A DNA stretch of 64,000 bases. It comes from an uncultured Alphaproteobacteria bacterium (lineage in GTDB: Bacteria; Pseudomonadota; Alphaproteobacteria; Micropepsales; Micropepsaceae). The DNA lies in NCBI GenBank assembly GCA_903857685.1, contig CAIOFO010000019.1:289-64288 (forward strand), read 5' to 3'. The position numbers and the translations under genes are program-made. Of this stretch, positions 47,519 to 57,434 are shown piece by piece; the stretch's first letter is position 1; every line of letters begins with the position of its first letter. The notes under the pieces are model-generated. The model saw only the letters and a program-made list of their open reading frames with translations. It searched no databases and was not told the origin of the DNA.

Positions 47519-48982
47519 ATGAAATGCAGACTCATGTGGCTGGGGCTTTGCCTGAGGCTGCTATCCTTGCTTGCGCCAGTCCCGGCCATCGCCTCGCCCT
47601 GGGCCGAAGTGGGCGACAACCAGCTTCGCTCCGATATTGAAATCCTGGCAGCCTCCGGCGTCATTGACGGCGACACCATCGCCTGGCCGCTGCCGTGGAA
47701 ATCCATCCTGGCTAGGCTCGGGGGCAAAACGCTCGCGAGCAAACCCGCCTGGGTGCAGGCGGCCGCCATGCGGGTTCTTGCCGAGGCCGAGGCGCAAACC
47801 GCGCCCGGCGGTTCGGCGTCGCTGTATGTGGACGCCACCAACAAACCCGGCGTCGTTTACGGATTCGACGGCATGGGCCGGGGCGATGGCCAGGGCCAAC
47901 TCTCGCTGGGCGTGAACCGCGGCTTTTTCGCAGGCAGGATTTCGCTGGGCGACATCACCCAGGCCTTCGGCGGCAAGCCCAACAAACTGATGCTGGACGG
48001 CACCTACCTGTCCGCCCGGCTTGGCGGCTTTCTGGTTTATGCCGGTTATCTCGACCATTGGTGGGGTCCGGGCGAGATTTCGTCGCTGCAGCTTTCCAAC
48101 AATGCCCGTCCGATGCCGCAGGTCGGAATCGAGCGCGCCTCCACGGCGGCATGGTCCTGGCCGATATTCAACCTGCTGGGGCCCTGGCAGTGGGAGTTCA
48201 TTCTGGGAAAATTCGACGGGCCGCAGATCCAGTCCAATGTCTATTACAATGCCATGCACCTGACGGTGAACCCCCTGCCGGGCCTGGAGCTGGGCGTGGC
48301 GCGCACCGAGGAGTTTTGCGGCAAGGGCCATGCCTGCAAGCCCATCGTGGATTATTTCCACTTTTCCAACTATCCCAACCATCCCGACAATGTGAATGAC
48401 GAGGCGTCGTGGGAGATCAAATACAGCCGCACGCTGGGCGGGGTGCCGTTCCAGGTCTACATGCAGCTGATGAACGAGGATTATTCCTGGTTCAACCATT
48501 CCGGCACCAGCCATCTTTTCGGCGCCAGTGTATTCCTGCCGACGCGGGACAATCCGGTAAAGCTGACGGCGGAATTCACCGACAGCATCTCGACCCTGCA
48601 TCCCTTCAGCTTTGGCGACGACATTTACGGCTTTTCCTATACCAATGCCCAATATCCCGACGGCATGCATTACCGGGGCCGCACGCTGGGCTTCAGTCTG
48701 GACGACGATTCCCAGCTTCTGGCCTTGCAGGCGAACTGGTCCGATGAGGCCGCCCGTTTCTATGAACTCAGCCTTTACCGCGCCAATATCGGCAGCAGCC
48801 ATTCCCTGGGCGCCAACATCCTCAGCGCCACGCCGGTGCTTCTGAACATGGGCGAAGCGCGCATGACGCTGCCCTGGCGTGATTTCAAATTGGACCTTGC
48901 GGGACGGCTGCAGGACGATCAGCCCTGGCCGGCCCGCGGCTTTCTGGCGTCGGTCGAGGCGTCCTTGCGCATGACCTTATGA
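47519..48982 (+). CDS. wzi: Capsule assembly Wzi family outer membrane protein
   Basis: SPW..GD..LRSDI..LA..GVI....WP.PW N-terminus; DHWWGPG...LSNNARP. Confidence 0.82.
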   Translation: MKCRLMWLGLCLRLLSLLAPVPAIASPWAEVGDNQLRSDIEILAASGVIDGDTIAWPLPWKSILARLGGKTLASKPAWVQAAAMRVLAEAEAQTAPGGSASLYVDATNKPGVVYGFDGMGRGDGQGQLSLGVNRGFFAGRISLGDITQAFGGKPNKLMLDGTYLSARLGGFLVYAGYLDHWWGPGEISSLQLSNNARPMPQVGIERASTAAWSWPIFNLLGPWQWEFILGKFDGPQIQSNVYYNAMHLTVNPLPGLELGVARTEEFCGKGHACKPIVDYFHFSNYPNHPDNVNDEASWEIKYSRTLGGVPFQVYMQLMNEDYSWFNHSGTSHLFGASVFLPTRDNPVKLTAEFTDSISTLHPFSFGDDIYGFSYTNAQYPDGMHYRGRTLGFSLDDDSQLLALQANWSDEAARFYELSLYRANIGSSHSLGANILSATPVLLNMGEARMTLPWRDFKLDLAGRLQDDQPWPARGFLASVEASLRMTL

Positions 48983-48991
48983 GCCGGGCGT

Positions 48992-49504
48992 TCAGGTCAC
49001 TTTGCTGATGTATGGCAGGGCGCGGTGCTTGCCCGCGTCATCCATGCCATAGCCGATGACAAAATCGTTGCCGGTCTCAAACGCGACATAATCGGCCTTC
49101 GCCACGGCATCGGGCCGTTTCTTGTCCAGCGCCACCGCCACCTGGACGGAGGCCGCGCCAGCCGCCTCGATCAGCGACACCGCCTTGCGGATTGTGCGGC
49201 CGAAATCCAGCACCCCGTCAATCACCAGCACATGCCGGCCGGCAATCTGTTCCGAAGGGCCGGCGATCATCGAGATGGCGCTGGCCACCCGCTTGTCGCC
49301 ATAGGAACGCAGCCACAGCATTTCGATTTCAAGCTCGACGCCCTCGCGCGCCAGGGCCCGCACCAAATCGGCGGCGAATATGAACCCACCCACCAGGATG
49401 GGCATGGCGATATCGGGCAAGAGCGGCGCGCGGGCTATTTTCCTGGCGAGTTCGCTCACCCGCGCCGCGATTTCCTGTTCGCTGTGCAGGACGCTGTTTG
49501 TCAC
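48992..49504 (-). CDS. hpt: Hypoxanthine phosphoribosyltransferase family
   Basis: ILVGGFIFAADL, RSYG, FVIGYGMD, RALPYI; PRPP loop atypical. Confidence 0.8.
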   Translation of the reverse strand: MTNSVLHSEQEIAARVSELARKIARAPLLPDIAMPILVGGFIFAADLVRALAREGVELEIEMLWLRSYGDKRVASAISMIAGPSEQIAGRHVLVIDGVLDFGRTIRKAVSLIEAAGAASVQVAVALDKKRPDAVAKADYVAFETGNDFVIGYGMDDAGKHRALPYISKVT

Positions 49505-50244
49505 TTCTCGTCCTTGGCGAAACGCACTTCCAGGTGCCGCGCCGTGGCGGGCGGATTGGACAGGCGGGTGTGGAAGGCGCTCGACTGGCCCGCCTTCAGG
49601 GTTTGAATTCCAGGCGCAAAATTCCAGTGATAGAGTTCATGGTTGCTGGCGTCGCTGAGCGTCACGCGTACACTCTGCGGCACAGGCAATTCCCGCGCCC
49701 CCTTGTTGACGATGCGGCCGGTGACGGCCAGAACCACCTGTCCATCCTCGCTCTCGCGGTGGTAATCCACGTCGGTGAAGTCAATGCCGTGGGCGTTCAC
49801 ATTCATGCCCAGGCTGGAATAGACCCCGGCCGATTGCGGCCAGATCACCGTGATCTCCTGGCGATAGCGTACCGCCGACAGCCCGATCAGCAGTACCACC
49901 GCGATCAGACCGATCCAGCCCAGCGCCACGCCCAGCATCGGCAGCAGGGCCCGCCGGGCCCGAGGGGGGCCATGCGCCGGAGCCGGTGCGCCCTGTTGCG
50001 GCCGCAGAGCGCGCAGCATGGGCTCCGGCTGCTCCGGCTGCTCGGACTGCTCCAGCGCCGGCTTTGCTTCAACCGGCGCGGGTTCTTCCGGCGGCGGCGT
50101 TTCGGGCACCGGCGCCTCGGCCACCGGCGTATCCTGATGCCAGACATGACCGCATTTGGCGCAGCGCACCTGCCGTCCCGCGGGCGGAAATTTCGCCTCG
50201 TCGATCTGGTAGCGCGTGGCGCAGGAGGGACAGGTGAGAATCAT
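49501..50244 (-). CDS. MJ0042 zinc-ribbon / DUF3426 protein
   Basis: CPSCATRY...VRCAKCGHVW, Pro/Glu linker, TM, C-terminal beta domain. Confidence 0.85.
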   Translation of the reverse strand: MILTCPSCATRYQIDEAKFPPAGRQVRCAKCGHVWHQDTPVAEAPVPETPPPEEPAPVEAKPALEQSEQPEQPEPMLRALRPQQGAPAPAHGPPRARRALLPMLGVALGWIGLIAVVLLIGLSAVRYRQEITVIWPQSAGVYSSLGMNVNAHGIDFTDVDYHRESEDGQVVLAVTGRIVNKGARELPVPQSVRVTLSDASNHELYHWNFAPGIQTLKAGQSSAFHTRLSNPPATARHLEVRFAKDEK

Positions 50245-50430
50245 GCGGGGATATCGGGGTTTCCCAGCGAAAATAGGGGTCAATACCGATGACCGCAAGG
50301 CGGCAGGGGAAGCGGCCTGCCAGGATGGCAGACCGCCTTCTCCAATTGCCGCATTTTCGACGGGAAACCGGACCGAGGGATCGCTTGGCGATTACCTCGC
50401 CACTTTCCCTGAAAATGCTTATGTTCGGTC

Positions 50431-51102
50431 ATGGTTCGCTTTGAAAGCGTCGGCATGCGCTATGGCTCCGGCCCGGAAGTGCTGCGCGACGTCACCTTTG
50501 TGCTGGAGGCCGGGTCCTTCACCTTCCTCACCGGCCTGTCCGGCGCTGGCAAGACCACGCTGCTGAAACTGATCTACCTGGCCGAACCGCCCTCGCGCGG
50601 CCTGATCACCCTGTTCGGCCGCGATCTTGCCACGGCCCGGCGCGCGGCGCTGCCGGCCCTGCGCCGCCGCATTGGCGTGGTGTTTCAGGACTTCCGGCTC
50701 TTGGACCATCTTTCGGCCTTCGACAATGTGGCGCTGCCGCTGCGGCTGGCGGGCAAGCGCGTCTCCGATTACGCCCATGACGTGGAGGAACTTCTGTCCT
50801 GGGTGGGACTTGGCGACCGCATGAACGCGGTGCCCCCGACCCTGTCGGGCGGCGAGCAGCAGCGTGTCGCCATCGCGCGGGCGGTGGTGGCGCGGCCCGA
50901 TCTTCTGATCGCCGATGAGCCCACCGGCAATGTCGACCCGGAAATGGGCGCGCGCCTGATTCGGCTGTTCGGTGAGCTGAACCGGCTGGGCACCACGGTC
51001 CTGATCGCCACCCATGACCGGGCGCTGATCGAGACCGCCCGCGCCCGCGAGATGCGCCTGGTGGATGGGCGGCTGGTCGAACTTCGGGCGAGCGCGGCAT
51101 GA
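50431..51102 (+). CDS. ftsE: Cell division ATP-binding protein FtsE
   Basis: GLSGAGKTT, VFQDFRLL, LSGGEQQRVAIARA, DEPTGN. Confidence 0.93.
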   Translation: MVRFESVGMRYGSGPEVLRDVTFVLEAGSFTFLTGLSGAGKTTLLKLIYLAEPPSRGLITLFGRDLATARRAALPALRRRIGVVFQDFRLLDHLSAFDNVALPLRLAGKRVSDYAHDVEELLSWVGLGDRMNAVPPTLSGGEQQRVAIARAVVARPDLLIADEPTGNVDPEMGARLIRLFGELNRLGTTVLIATHDRALIETARAREMRLVDGRLVELRASAA

Positions 51103-51989
51103 GCACTGCCTCGCATGTCCTGCCGCGCGACAAGGGCGCCGCCCCGCTGGAATTCGTCATCGCGGTGATGGCCTTCCTGGCCGCGCTGGCGCTGGGCGCT
51201 TCGCTGATTGCCGACCGCGCCGCGCAGGGCTGGCAGAGCGGCCTGGCGGCGAAATTGACGGTGCAGATATTGCCGCCGGACAGCGGCGATGCGCGCGCCG
51301 GGCTGGACGCGCAGATCCAGTCGGCGCTCGATATCCTCAACGCGGCGCCTGGCGTCGCCCATGCCGCGCTGATTTCAGACACCGACACCGAGGCGCTGGT
51401 CGAACCCTGGATCGGAAAGAACAATCTGGTGGCCGAGATTCCCCTGCCCCGCCTGATAGACGTCACCATCATTCCCGGCGAGCAGGTGGATATTCCGGCG
51501 CTGACCCAAAAACTCAAACAGGCCGCGCCGCAGGCGCTGCTTGACGATCATCGCGGCTGGATCGCGCGCTTAAGCGCACTTGCCGATACGGTGCGCTATT
51601 CCGCCTATGGCATTCTTCTGCTGATTGCGGGCGCAACCGCCGCCGCCGTTTCCTTCGCCACGCGTGCCGGCCTGTCGGCGCATCACGAGATGGTGGAATT
51701 GCTGCACCAGATGGGGGCGCTGCCGTCCTTCATCGCCCGCATGGTGGAATGGCATTATTTCACCTCAGCCCTCATTGCGGCCCTGACCGGGACAATGTTC
51801 GCGGCAGTGCTGTTCCTGGGCGCGGGCGGGCTGGAAAGCATCGGCGTCGAGGCGGTGCCGTTCCTGCCGCCTTTGGCGCTGAAATGGACCGAGATTCCCT
51901 GGCTTCTGGCGGTGCCTGCGGCAACCTCGCTGATCGCCTGGGCCACCGCGCGCATATCGGTGCTTTCGGTGGTGCGGGCCATCTATTAG
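51099..51989 (+). CDS. ftsX: Cell division permease FtsX
   Basis: 1+3 TM layout, LVEPW, LPRLID, VELLHQMGA; coupled to ftsE. Confidence 0.9.
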   Translation: MSTASHVLPRDKGAAPLEFVIAVMAFLAALALGASLIADRAAQGWQSGLAAKLTVQILPPDSGDARAGLDAQIQSALDILNAAPGVAHAALISDTDTEALVEPWIGKNNLVAEIPLPRLIDVTIIPGEQVDIPALTQKLKQAAPQALLDDHRGWIARLSALADTVRYSAYGILLLIAGATAAAVSFATRAGLSAHHEMVELLHQMGALPSFIARMVEWHYFTSALIAALTGTMFAAVLFLGAGGLESIGVEAVPFLPPLALKWTEIPWLLAVPAATSLIAWATARISVLSVVRAIY

Positions 51990-51998
51990 GCTGGACCA

Positions 51999-52568
51999 AT
52001 GATGCGTTTTCTCACGACCGTTATTCTGGTGGCGCTGGCTTATGCGCTGGCCTTTGGGCTGTGGGTTTCGCTGTTGCCGGCAACGCCCGACATCACGCCC
52101 CAGGCGGACGGCATTGTCGCCCTGACCGGCGGCGGTCCGCGGCTGGACATAGCGGTGGCGCTGTTTGAAAAAGGCGTCGGCCAGCGGCTGCTGATTTCCG
52201 GCGCCGGCCTGGCCACCACCCGCGACACGCTGAAAAACGTGACGCATGGCGGGGCGCGTTTCGATTGCTGCGCCGATATCGGCTATGCGGCGGAAGATAC
52301 CCATGGCAATGCGGTGGAAGCGGCGGGCTGGGTGCATGGCCACCAGTACCGCAGCATCGTTGTGGTCACGGCGCGTTATCACATGCCGCGCGCCATGCGC
52401 GAATTCGCCAGCGTGATGCCGGATGTGACGCTTCTGCCCTATCCGGTGGATCAGGACAATATTGACCTGTCGGGCTGGTGGCAGCACCCGCGAACCGTGC
52501 TGCTGCTGCACCGGGAATTCGCAAAATATCTGGCGAGCCTGATGGTGACGACACTGGGCCTGAAATGA
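51999..52568 (+). CDS. YdcF/DUF218 (ElyC/SanA-like) protein
   Basis: GIVALTGG, LLISG, EDTHGNAVE, VTARYHMPRA. Confidence 0.88.
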   Translation: MMRFLTTVILVALAYALAFGLWVSLLPATPDITPQADGIVALTGGGPRLDIAVALFEKGVGQRLLISGAGLATTRDTLKNVTHGGARFDCCADIGYAAEDTHGNAVEAAGWVHGHQYRSIVVVTARYHMPRAMREFASVMPDVTLLPYPVDQDNIDLSGWWQHPRTVLLLHREFAKYLASLMVTTLGLK

Positions 52569-53266
52569 CTTTCCTGCGTTCGGGTTTGTTCATGGCCTGG
52601 TTCCTGGCTCTGACCCTGGTGATGGCGATCATTTTCCTGCCGCTGCTGGCGGGGCCGCGCAAGACCGCCGCATGGATGGCGCGGCAATGGGCGCGCGCCA
52701 CCCTGTGGGGACTTGAAGTTTTCTGCGGCATCGGCATGCGGGTGAAGGGCGCGGCGCCGAAGGGCGGCGTGCTGGTGGCGTCCAAGCATATGAGCATGTG
52801 GGATACGCTGGCGCTTTACATCGTGCTCGATGACCCCGCCATCGTGCTGAAGCGGGGGCTGCTCTATATTCCCTTTTACGGCTGGTATCTGTGGAAGGCG
52901 ACGGCGATCGCCATTGACCGCAGTGCCGGCGCCGAGGCGCTGCGGCAGATGACCCGCCGGGCCTCCGCCGTGCTGGCCGAGGGCCGGCCGATCCTGATTT
53001 TTCCGGAAGGCACACGCAAGAAGCCGGGGAGCGCGCCCGATTACAAACCCGGCGTGGCGGGGCTGTACGGAATTTTCAAAGTGCCTTGCGTGCCGGTGGC
53101 GCTGGATTCGGGGCGTTACTGGCAAGGCTTCACCAAATTGCCGGGCACCATCACCCTGGAATTCCTGGAGGCGGTCCCGCCCGGCCTCAAGCGTGATGCC
53201 TTCATGCCGCTTTTGCAGGAGCGCATCGAAACCGCGACCGCCGCGCTGCTGCGCCCCCAAGGGTGA
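52565..53266 (+). CDS. plsC: 1-acyl-sn-glycerol-3-phosphate acyltransferase
   Basis: SKHMSMWD, IAIDR, IFPEGTR. Confidence 0.9.
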   Translation: MTFLRSGLFMAWFLALTLVMAIIFLPLLAGPRKTAAWMARQWARATLWGLEVFCGIGMRVKGAAPKGGVLVASKHMSMWDTLALYIVLDDPAIVLKRGLLYIPFYGWYLWKATAIAIDRSAGAEALRQMTRRASAVLAEGRPILIFPEGTRKKPGSAPDYKPGVAGLYGIFKVPCVPVALDSGRYWQGFTKLPGTITLEFLEAVPPGLKRDAFMPLLQERIETATAALLRPQG

Positions 53267-53383
53267 GGCGTTAAGCCTGATTCTGGCGGATTTCTCCGCT
53301 GGAACATTAAGGGAACAAATGCCATATTAAAGGCCATGCGCCAAGGTGGCGGAACCTGGCGTGATGTGGTTGGTAGAAGAGTG

Positions 53384-55696
53384 ATGAGCGAAATTTCCCG
53401 CCAGATCTGGGACATGAAATACCGCTTCCGGGCCCCGGACGGCACGGGCGACCGCGACGTGGCGGGCAGCTGGGCGCGGGTCGCCTATGCCCTGAGCCTG
53501 GCCGAATCGCCGGCAACAAGACTGGCGCATGCGGGGAGCTTTGCCTCCGCCCTGGCGGGGCACAAATTCCTTCCCGCCGGGCGCATTTTGGCGGGCGCCG
53601 GCACCGGCCGCGCCGTGACGCTGTTCAACTGTTTCGTGATGGGAACCATCCCCGACTCCATGGACGGGATTTTCAGCGCCCTGCGCGAGGCGGCGTTGAC
53701 CCTGCAGCAGGGCGGCGGCATCGGTTATGATTTTTCCACCCTGCGGCCCAAGGGCGCCACCGTCGAAGGCGTGGGCGCGGATGCCTCGGGCCCCGTCTCC
53801 TTCATGGAAGTGTGGGATGCGATGTGCCGCACCATCATGAGCGCGGGATCGCGGCGCGGCGCCATGATGGCGACTTTGGCTATCGATCATCCCGACATCG
53901 AGAAATTCATTGATGCCAAGCGCAGCAGCGGGCGGCTTTCCAATTTCAACCTGTCGGTGCTGGTGTCGGACGCCTTCATGGCGGCGGTTAAGGCGGATGG
54001 CGACTGGACCCTGAAATTCGGCGGCCGGGATTACCGCCCCCTGAAAGCGCGGGCGCTGTGGGACCGCATCATGCGCTCGACCTATGAGTATGCCGAACCG
54101 GGCGTGATTTTCATCGACCGCATCAACAGCCAGAACAATCTTTCCTATTGCGAGACCATCAGCGCCACCAATCCCTGCGGCGAACAGCCTTTGCCGCCCT
54201 ATGGCGCCTGCCTGCTCGGCTCGATCAACCTGGCCAAGCTGGTGCGCCATCCGTTCGAGGATGATGCGTGGCTGGACAGGACCGAGCTGGAACGGCTGAC
54301 CGGCATCGCCGTGCGCATGCTGGACGATGCGATTGATGTCTCGCGTTTTCCCCTGGAAGCGCAGCGTCACGAAGCCGTCGCCAAACGGCGTATCGGGCTG
54401 GGCGTCACGGGTCTGGCGGATGCGCTGATCTTCTGCAAGGCGCGCTATGGCTCGGCGCAAAGCGTTGAACTGATCCAGAGCTGGCTGGGCGCGATGAGCC
54501 AGGCCGCCTATCGCGCCTCGGCGGCGCTGGCGCGCGAGAAAGGGGCCTTTGCGCTGTTCGACCGCGATGCCTATCTGGCGCGGCCCCATATCCAGGCGCT
54601 GCCAGCTGATATCCGCGATGCCATTGCGCAAGCCGGCATCCGCAATGCGCTGCTGACTTCCATCGCCCCCACCGGCACGATTTCACTGTTCGCCGACAAT
54701 GTCTCCAGCGGCGTCGAGCCTGTCTTTGCCCTCAGCTACAACCGCAAGGTGCTGCAGCCCGACGGCAGCAAGAGCGAAGAGATTGTTGAAGATTACGCCT
54801 TGCGCAAATTCCGCGTCCGCTTCGGCGCCGGCGCGCCCCTGCCGGATTATTTCGTCACCGCCCAGACGCTGACGCCCGCCGATCACCTGGCGGTGCAGGC
54901 CGCCGCCCAGCCCTTTATCGATTCGGCGATTTCCAAGACCATCAATGTCCCGGCGGCGATATCCTTTGCCGAATTCGAAAATATCTATCGCGCCGCCTAC
55001 GAACAGGGCTGCAAGGGCTGCACCACCTATCGCCCCAACGCGGTGACGGGATCGGTGCTGTCCGCCGCGCCCGAGTTCGAAGAGCCGAAAGACGCGATGC
55101 CCGCCGAAGCCGCCATTGCCGCCACGGATGAACCGGAATTGCCCTTGCCGCTGCCGCTGCCCCGCGAGCAGCGCGGCGATGTGGTGTACATGACAAAGCC
55201 GCTGGACCGGCCCGATGCGCTGCTGGGCCGCACCTACAAGATCAAATGGCTGGAAAGCGATCACGCCTTCTACATCACCATCAATGATATCGAGAAGGAC
55301 GGCCGGCGCCGCCCCTTCGAGGTTTTCATCAATTCCAAGAACATGGAAGCCTATGCCTGGGCCCTGGCGCTGACCCGCATGATCTCGGCGGTGTTCCGGC
55401 GCGGCGGCGATGTCTCTTTTGTGGTGGATGAACTCAAGGCGATCTTCGATCCGCGCGGCGGCCAATGGATGGGCGGCCGTTATGTGCCCTCGCTGCTGGC
55501 GGCCATCGGCGAGGTGATCGAGCGCCACATGATCGAGATCGGGTTCATGGGACTGCGGGCGCCGGCACCCGCGCCGGCTGCAATGCCGCGGGAGGGGGCG
55601 CCTGCGCATTTCTGCCCCCGCTGCGGCGAGGCCAGTTTTGTGCATATTGAAGGCTGCGATTCCTGCCTGTCCTGCGGCTATTCCAAGTGCGGTTGA
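53384..55696 (+). CDS. nrdJ: Class II (adenosylcobalamin-dependent) ribonucleotide reductase with TSCPD and zinc-ribbon tail
   Basis: [35 protein letters not shown]-terminal CPRC...CLSCGYSKC. Confidence 0.92.
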   Translation: MSEISRQIWDMKYRFRAPDGTGDRDVAGSWARVAYALSLAESPATRLAHAGSFASALAGHKFLPAGRILAGAGTGRAVTLFNCFVMGTIPDSMDGIFSALREAALTLQQGGGIGYDFSTLRPKGATVEGVGADASGPVSFMEVWDAMCRTIMSAGSRRGAMMATLAIDHPDIEKFIDAKRSSGRLSNFNLSVLVSDAFMAAVKADGDWTLKFGGRDYRPLKARALWDRIMRSTYEYAEPGVIFIDRINSQNNLSYCETISATNPCGEQPLPPYGACLLGSINLAKLVRHPFEDDAWLDRTELERLTGIAVRMLDDAIDVSRFPLEAQRHEAVAKRRIGLGVTGLADALIFCKARYGSAQSVELIQSWLGAMSQAAYRASAALAREKGAFALFDRDAYLARPHIQALPADIRDAIAQAGIRNALLTSIAPTGTISLFADNVSSGVEPVFALSYNRKVLQPDGSKSEEIVEDYALRKFRVRFGAGAPLPDYFVTAQTLTPADHLAVQAAAQPFIDSAISKTINVPAAISFAEFENIYRAAYEQGCKGCTTYRPNAVTGSVLSAAPEFEEPKDAMPAEAAIAATDEPELPLPLPLPREQRGDVVYMTKPLDRPDALLGRTYKIKWLESDHAFYITINDIEKDGRRRPFEVFINSKNMEAYAWALALTRMISAVFRRGGDVSFVVDELKAIFDPRGGQWMGGRYVPSLLAAIGEVIERHMIEIGFMGLRAPAPAPAAMPREGAPAHFCPRCGEASFVHIEGCDSCLSCGYSKCG

Positions 55697-56526
55697 GCTT
55701 TTCCTCCCGATTCTGGCTGTTCGCGCCGCTGGCGATGTTTTTCGCCCTGGCGGGCTGGGCGATGGCGCATTGGTGGGCCATGGCCAAGGTCCTCGACAAC
55801 AAGCTGACCGACCTGAACGGCCATGAAGCATTGCCCGGCATCACCGTGTCGTATGCCGGCAAGACCATTTCCGGCTTTCCCTTCAACATCGATGTTGTGT
55901 TCACCGGCTTTGTGGTCGAAGGCCAGGGGGCGCATGGCCCCTTCCGCTGGACAACCGAGAATTTCGCCCTGCATCGGCTCACCTATGGCCGCGCCCAGGA
56001 TATCTATGAAGCGGCGGGCCACCAGACGCTCAGCTGGACCGATGGCGGCGGCAAAAACCATCAGTTGAAGTTCCTTCCCGGCTCGCTCAGGGCCAGCGCC
56101 ATCACCGACGGGCGCGGCCTTCTGCGTTTCGATCTCGATACGGTTGCGGCAGCCGGCAGCGCTGGTGACGGCACCCCCTTCACCGCGGCGCGAACCCAGC
56201 TGCATCTGCGCCGCGATCCCAAGGCCAATGCCCTGGACCTGATGGCCAGCGGCGACGACATCAAGACCAGCGGCAGCATCGCCGGCCTGTTCGGCGACCA
56301 CATCAAGAGCCTGAAACTGTATGCCACCCTGACGCAAGGACAAGCCTTTGCGCCGCTGCTGGCTGGGCACGCGTCCTGGGCAGCGGCATCGGCGGATTGG
56401 CGGGGCAAAGGCGGCCAGGTGGCGATCGGGCCGGTGGCGATTGCCTCCAGCGGCTTCAACCTCACCGCCAATGCCTTCAGCGACAGCGGCAATGACCTGC
56501 GTGGCGTATTGGATCCGTTTTACTGA
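55687..56526 (+). CDS. DUF2125-like membrane-anchored protein
   Basis: N-terminal TM with [15 protein letters not shown]; position next to tyrA. Confidence 0.7.
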   Translation: MRLSFSSRFWLFAPLAMFFALAGWAMAHWWAMAKVLDNKLTDLNGHEALPGITVSYAGKTISGFPFNIDVVFTGFVVEGQGAHGPFRWTTENFALHRLTYGRAQDIYEAAGHQTLSWTDGGGKNHQLKFLPGSLRASAITDGRGLLRFDLDTVAAAGSAGDGTPFTAARTQLHLRRDPKANALDLMASGDDIKTSGSIAGLFGDHIKSLKLYATLTQGQAFAPLLAGHASWAAASADWRGKGGQVAIGPVAIASSGFNLTANAFSDSGNDLRGVLDPFY

Positions 56527-57434
56527 TCTTTCTTGTCGCGGCCGAAATTCGGCGCGGCGCTATCCTGGCCGGTATCGACGATGCCGCGGCGGATGGCGCG
56601 GGTCTGGGTGAATAGATCGAACAAGGCCGAACCGTTGCCGTCGCGCACCCAGCGCTGCAACCGGCTCAAATCCTCATTGAAGCGTCCCAGCACTTCCAGC
56701 ACCGCTTCGCGGTTGTTGAGAAAGACATCGCGCCACATCACCGGATCGGAGGCGGCGATGCGGGTGAAATCGCGAAAGCCGCCGGCGGAGAACTTGATCA
56801 CCTCGCCTTCGGTCACCGCTTCCAGGTCATGGGCGGTGCCGACAATATTGTAGGCGATCAGATGCGGCACATGGCTGGTCATGGCCAGCACCAGGTCATG
56901 ATGCGCGACTTCCATGGTCTCGACCTGGGCGCCGCAGCCTTCCCAGAATTTCTTCAAGGCGCTGACGGCTTTTTCGTCCGCGCCCGGCAGCGGCGTCAGG
57001 ATGGTCCAGCGCCCGTCGAACAGGCTTGCAAAGCCCGCTTCCGGCCCGGAAAATTCGGTGCCGGCGATGGGGTGGGCGGGAATGAAATGCACGCCTGCCG
57101 GAACCAGGGGGCCGACATCGCGCACCACCGCGCCCTTGACCGAACCGACATCGGAGAGGATGGCGCCCGCTTTCAGATGCGGTGCGATGGCCCGCGCCAC
57201 GGACTTGTAAGCGCCCACCGGGGTGCAGAGGATCACCAGGTCGGCGTCCGCAACCGCCGCTTCCACAGTGGCGGCGATGGCATCGGTAAAGCCCAGCCCC
57301 CCGGCGCGGGCGCGCACATCGCCATCGGCGTCGAACCCGATAACGCTCCCGGCCAACTTGCCGCGCTTTATCGCATGGCCCAGCGAGGAGCCGATCAGGC
57401 CGAGACCGATCAGGGTGACTTTGTTGAACATCAT
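56520..57434 (-). CDS. tyrA: Prephenate/arogenate (cyclohexadienyl) dehydrogenase
   Basis: GLGLIGSS, DVGSVK, HPIAGTE, SHVPH, GFRDFTRIA. Confidence 0.93.
   Translation of the reverse strand: MMFNKVTLIGLGLIGSSLGHAIKRGKLAGSVIGFDADGDVRARAGGLGFTDAIAATVEAAVADADLVILCTPVGAYKSVARAIAPHLKAGAILSDVGSVKGAVVRDVGPLVPAGVHFIPAHPIAGTEFSGPEAGFASLFDGRWTILTPLPGADEKAVSALKKFWEGCGAQVETMEVAHHDLVLAMTSHVPHLIAYNIVGTAHDLEAVTEGEVIKFSAGGFRDFTRIAASDPVMWRDVFLNNREAVLEVLGRFNEDLSRLQRWVRDGNGSALFDLFTQTRAIRRGIVDTGQDSAAPNFGRDKKDQ

Noticed and set aside
49501-53266. Zinc-ribbon/ftsEX/ydcF/plsC cluster as a novel system
   Set aside because: Widely conserved arrangement with nothing unusual seen in this copy
53300-53340. Two GGAAC motifs upstream of nrdJ as EcfG promoters
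   Set aside because: No CGTT/AGTT/CATT -10 element at 16-17 nt spacing
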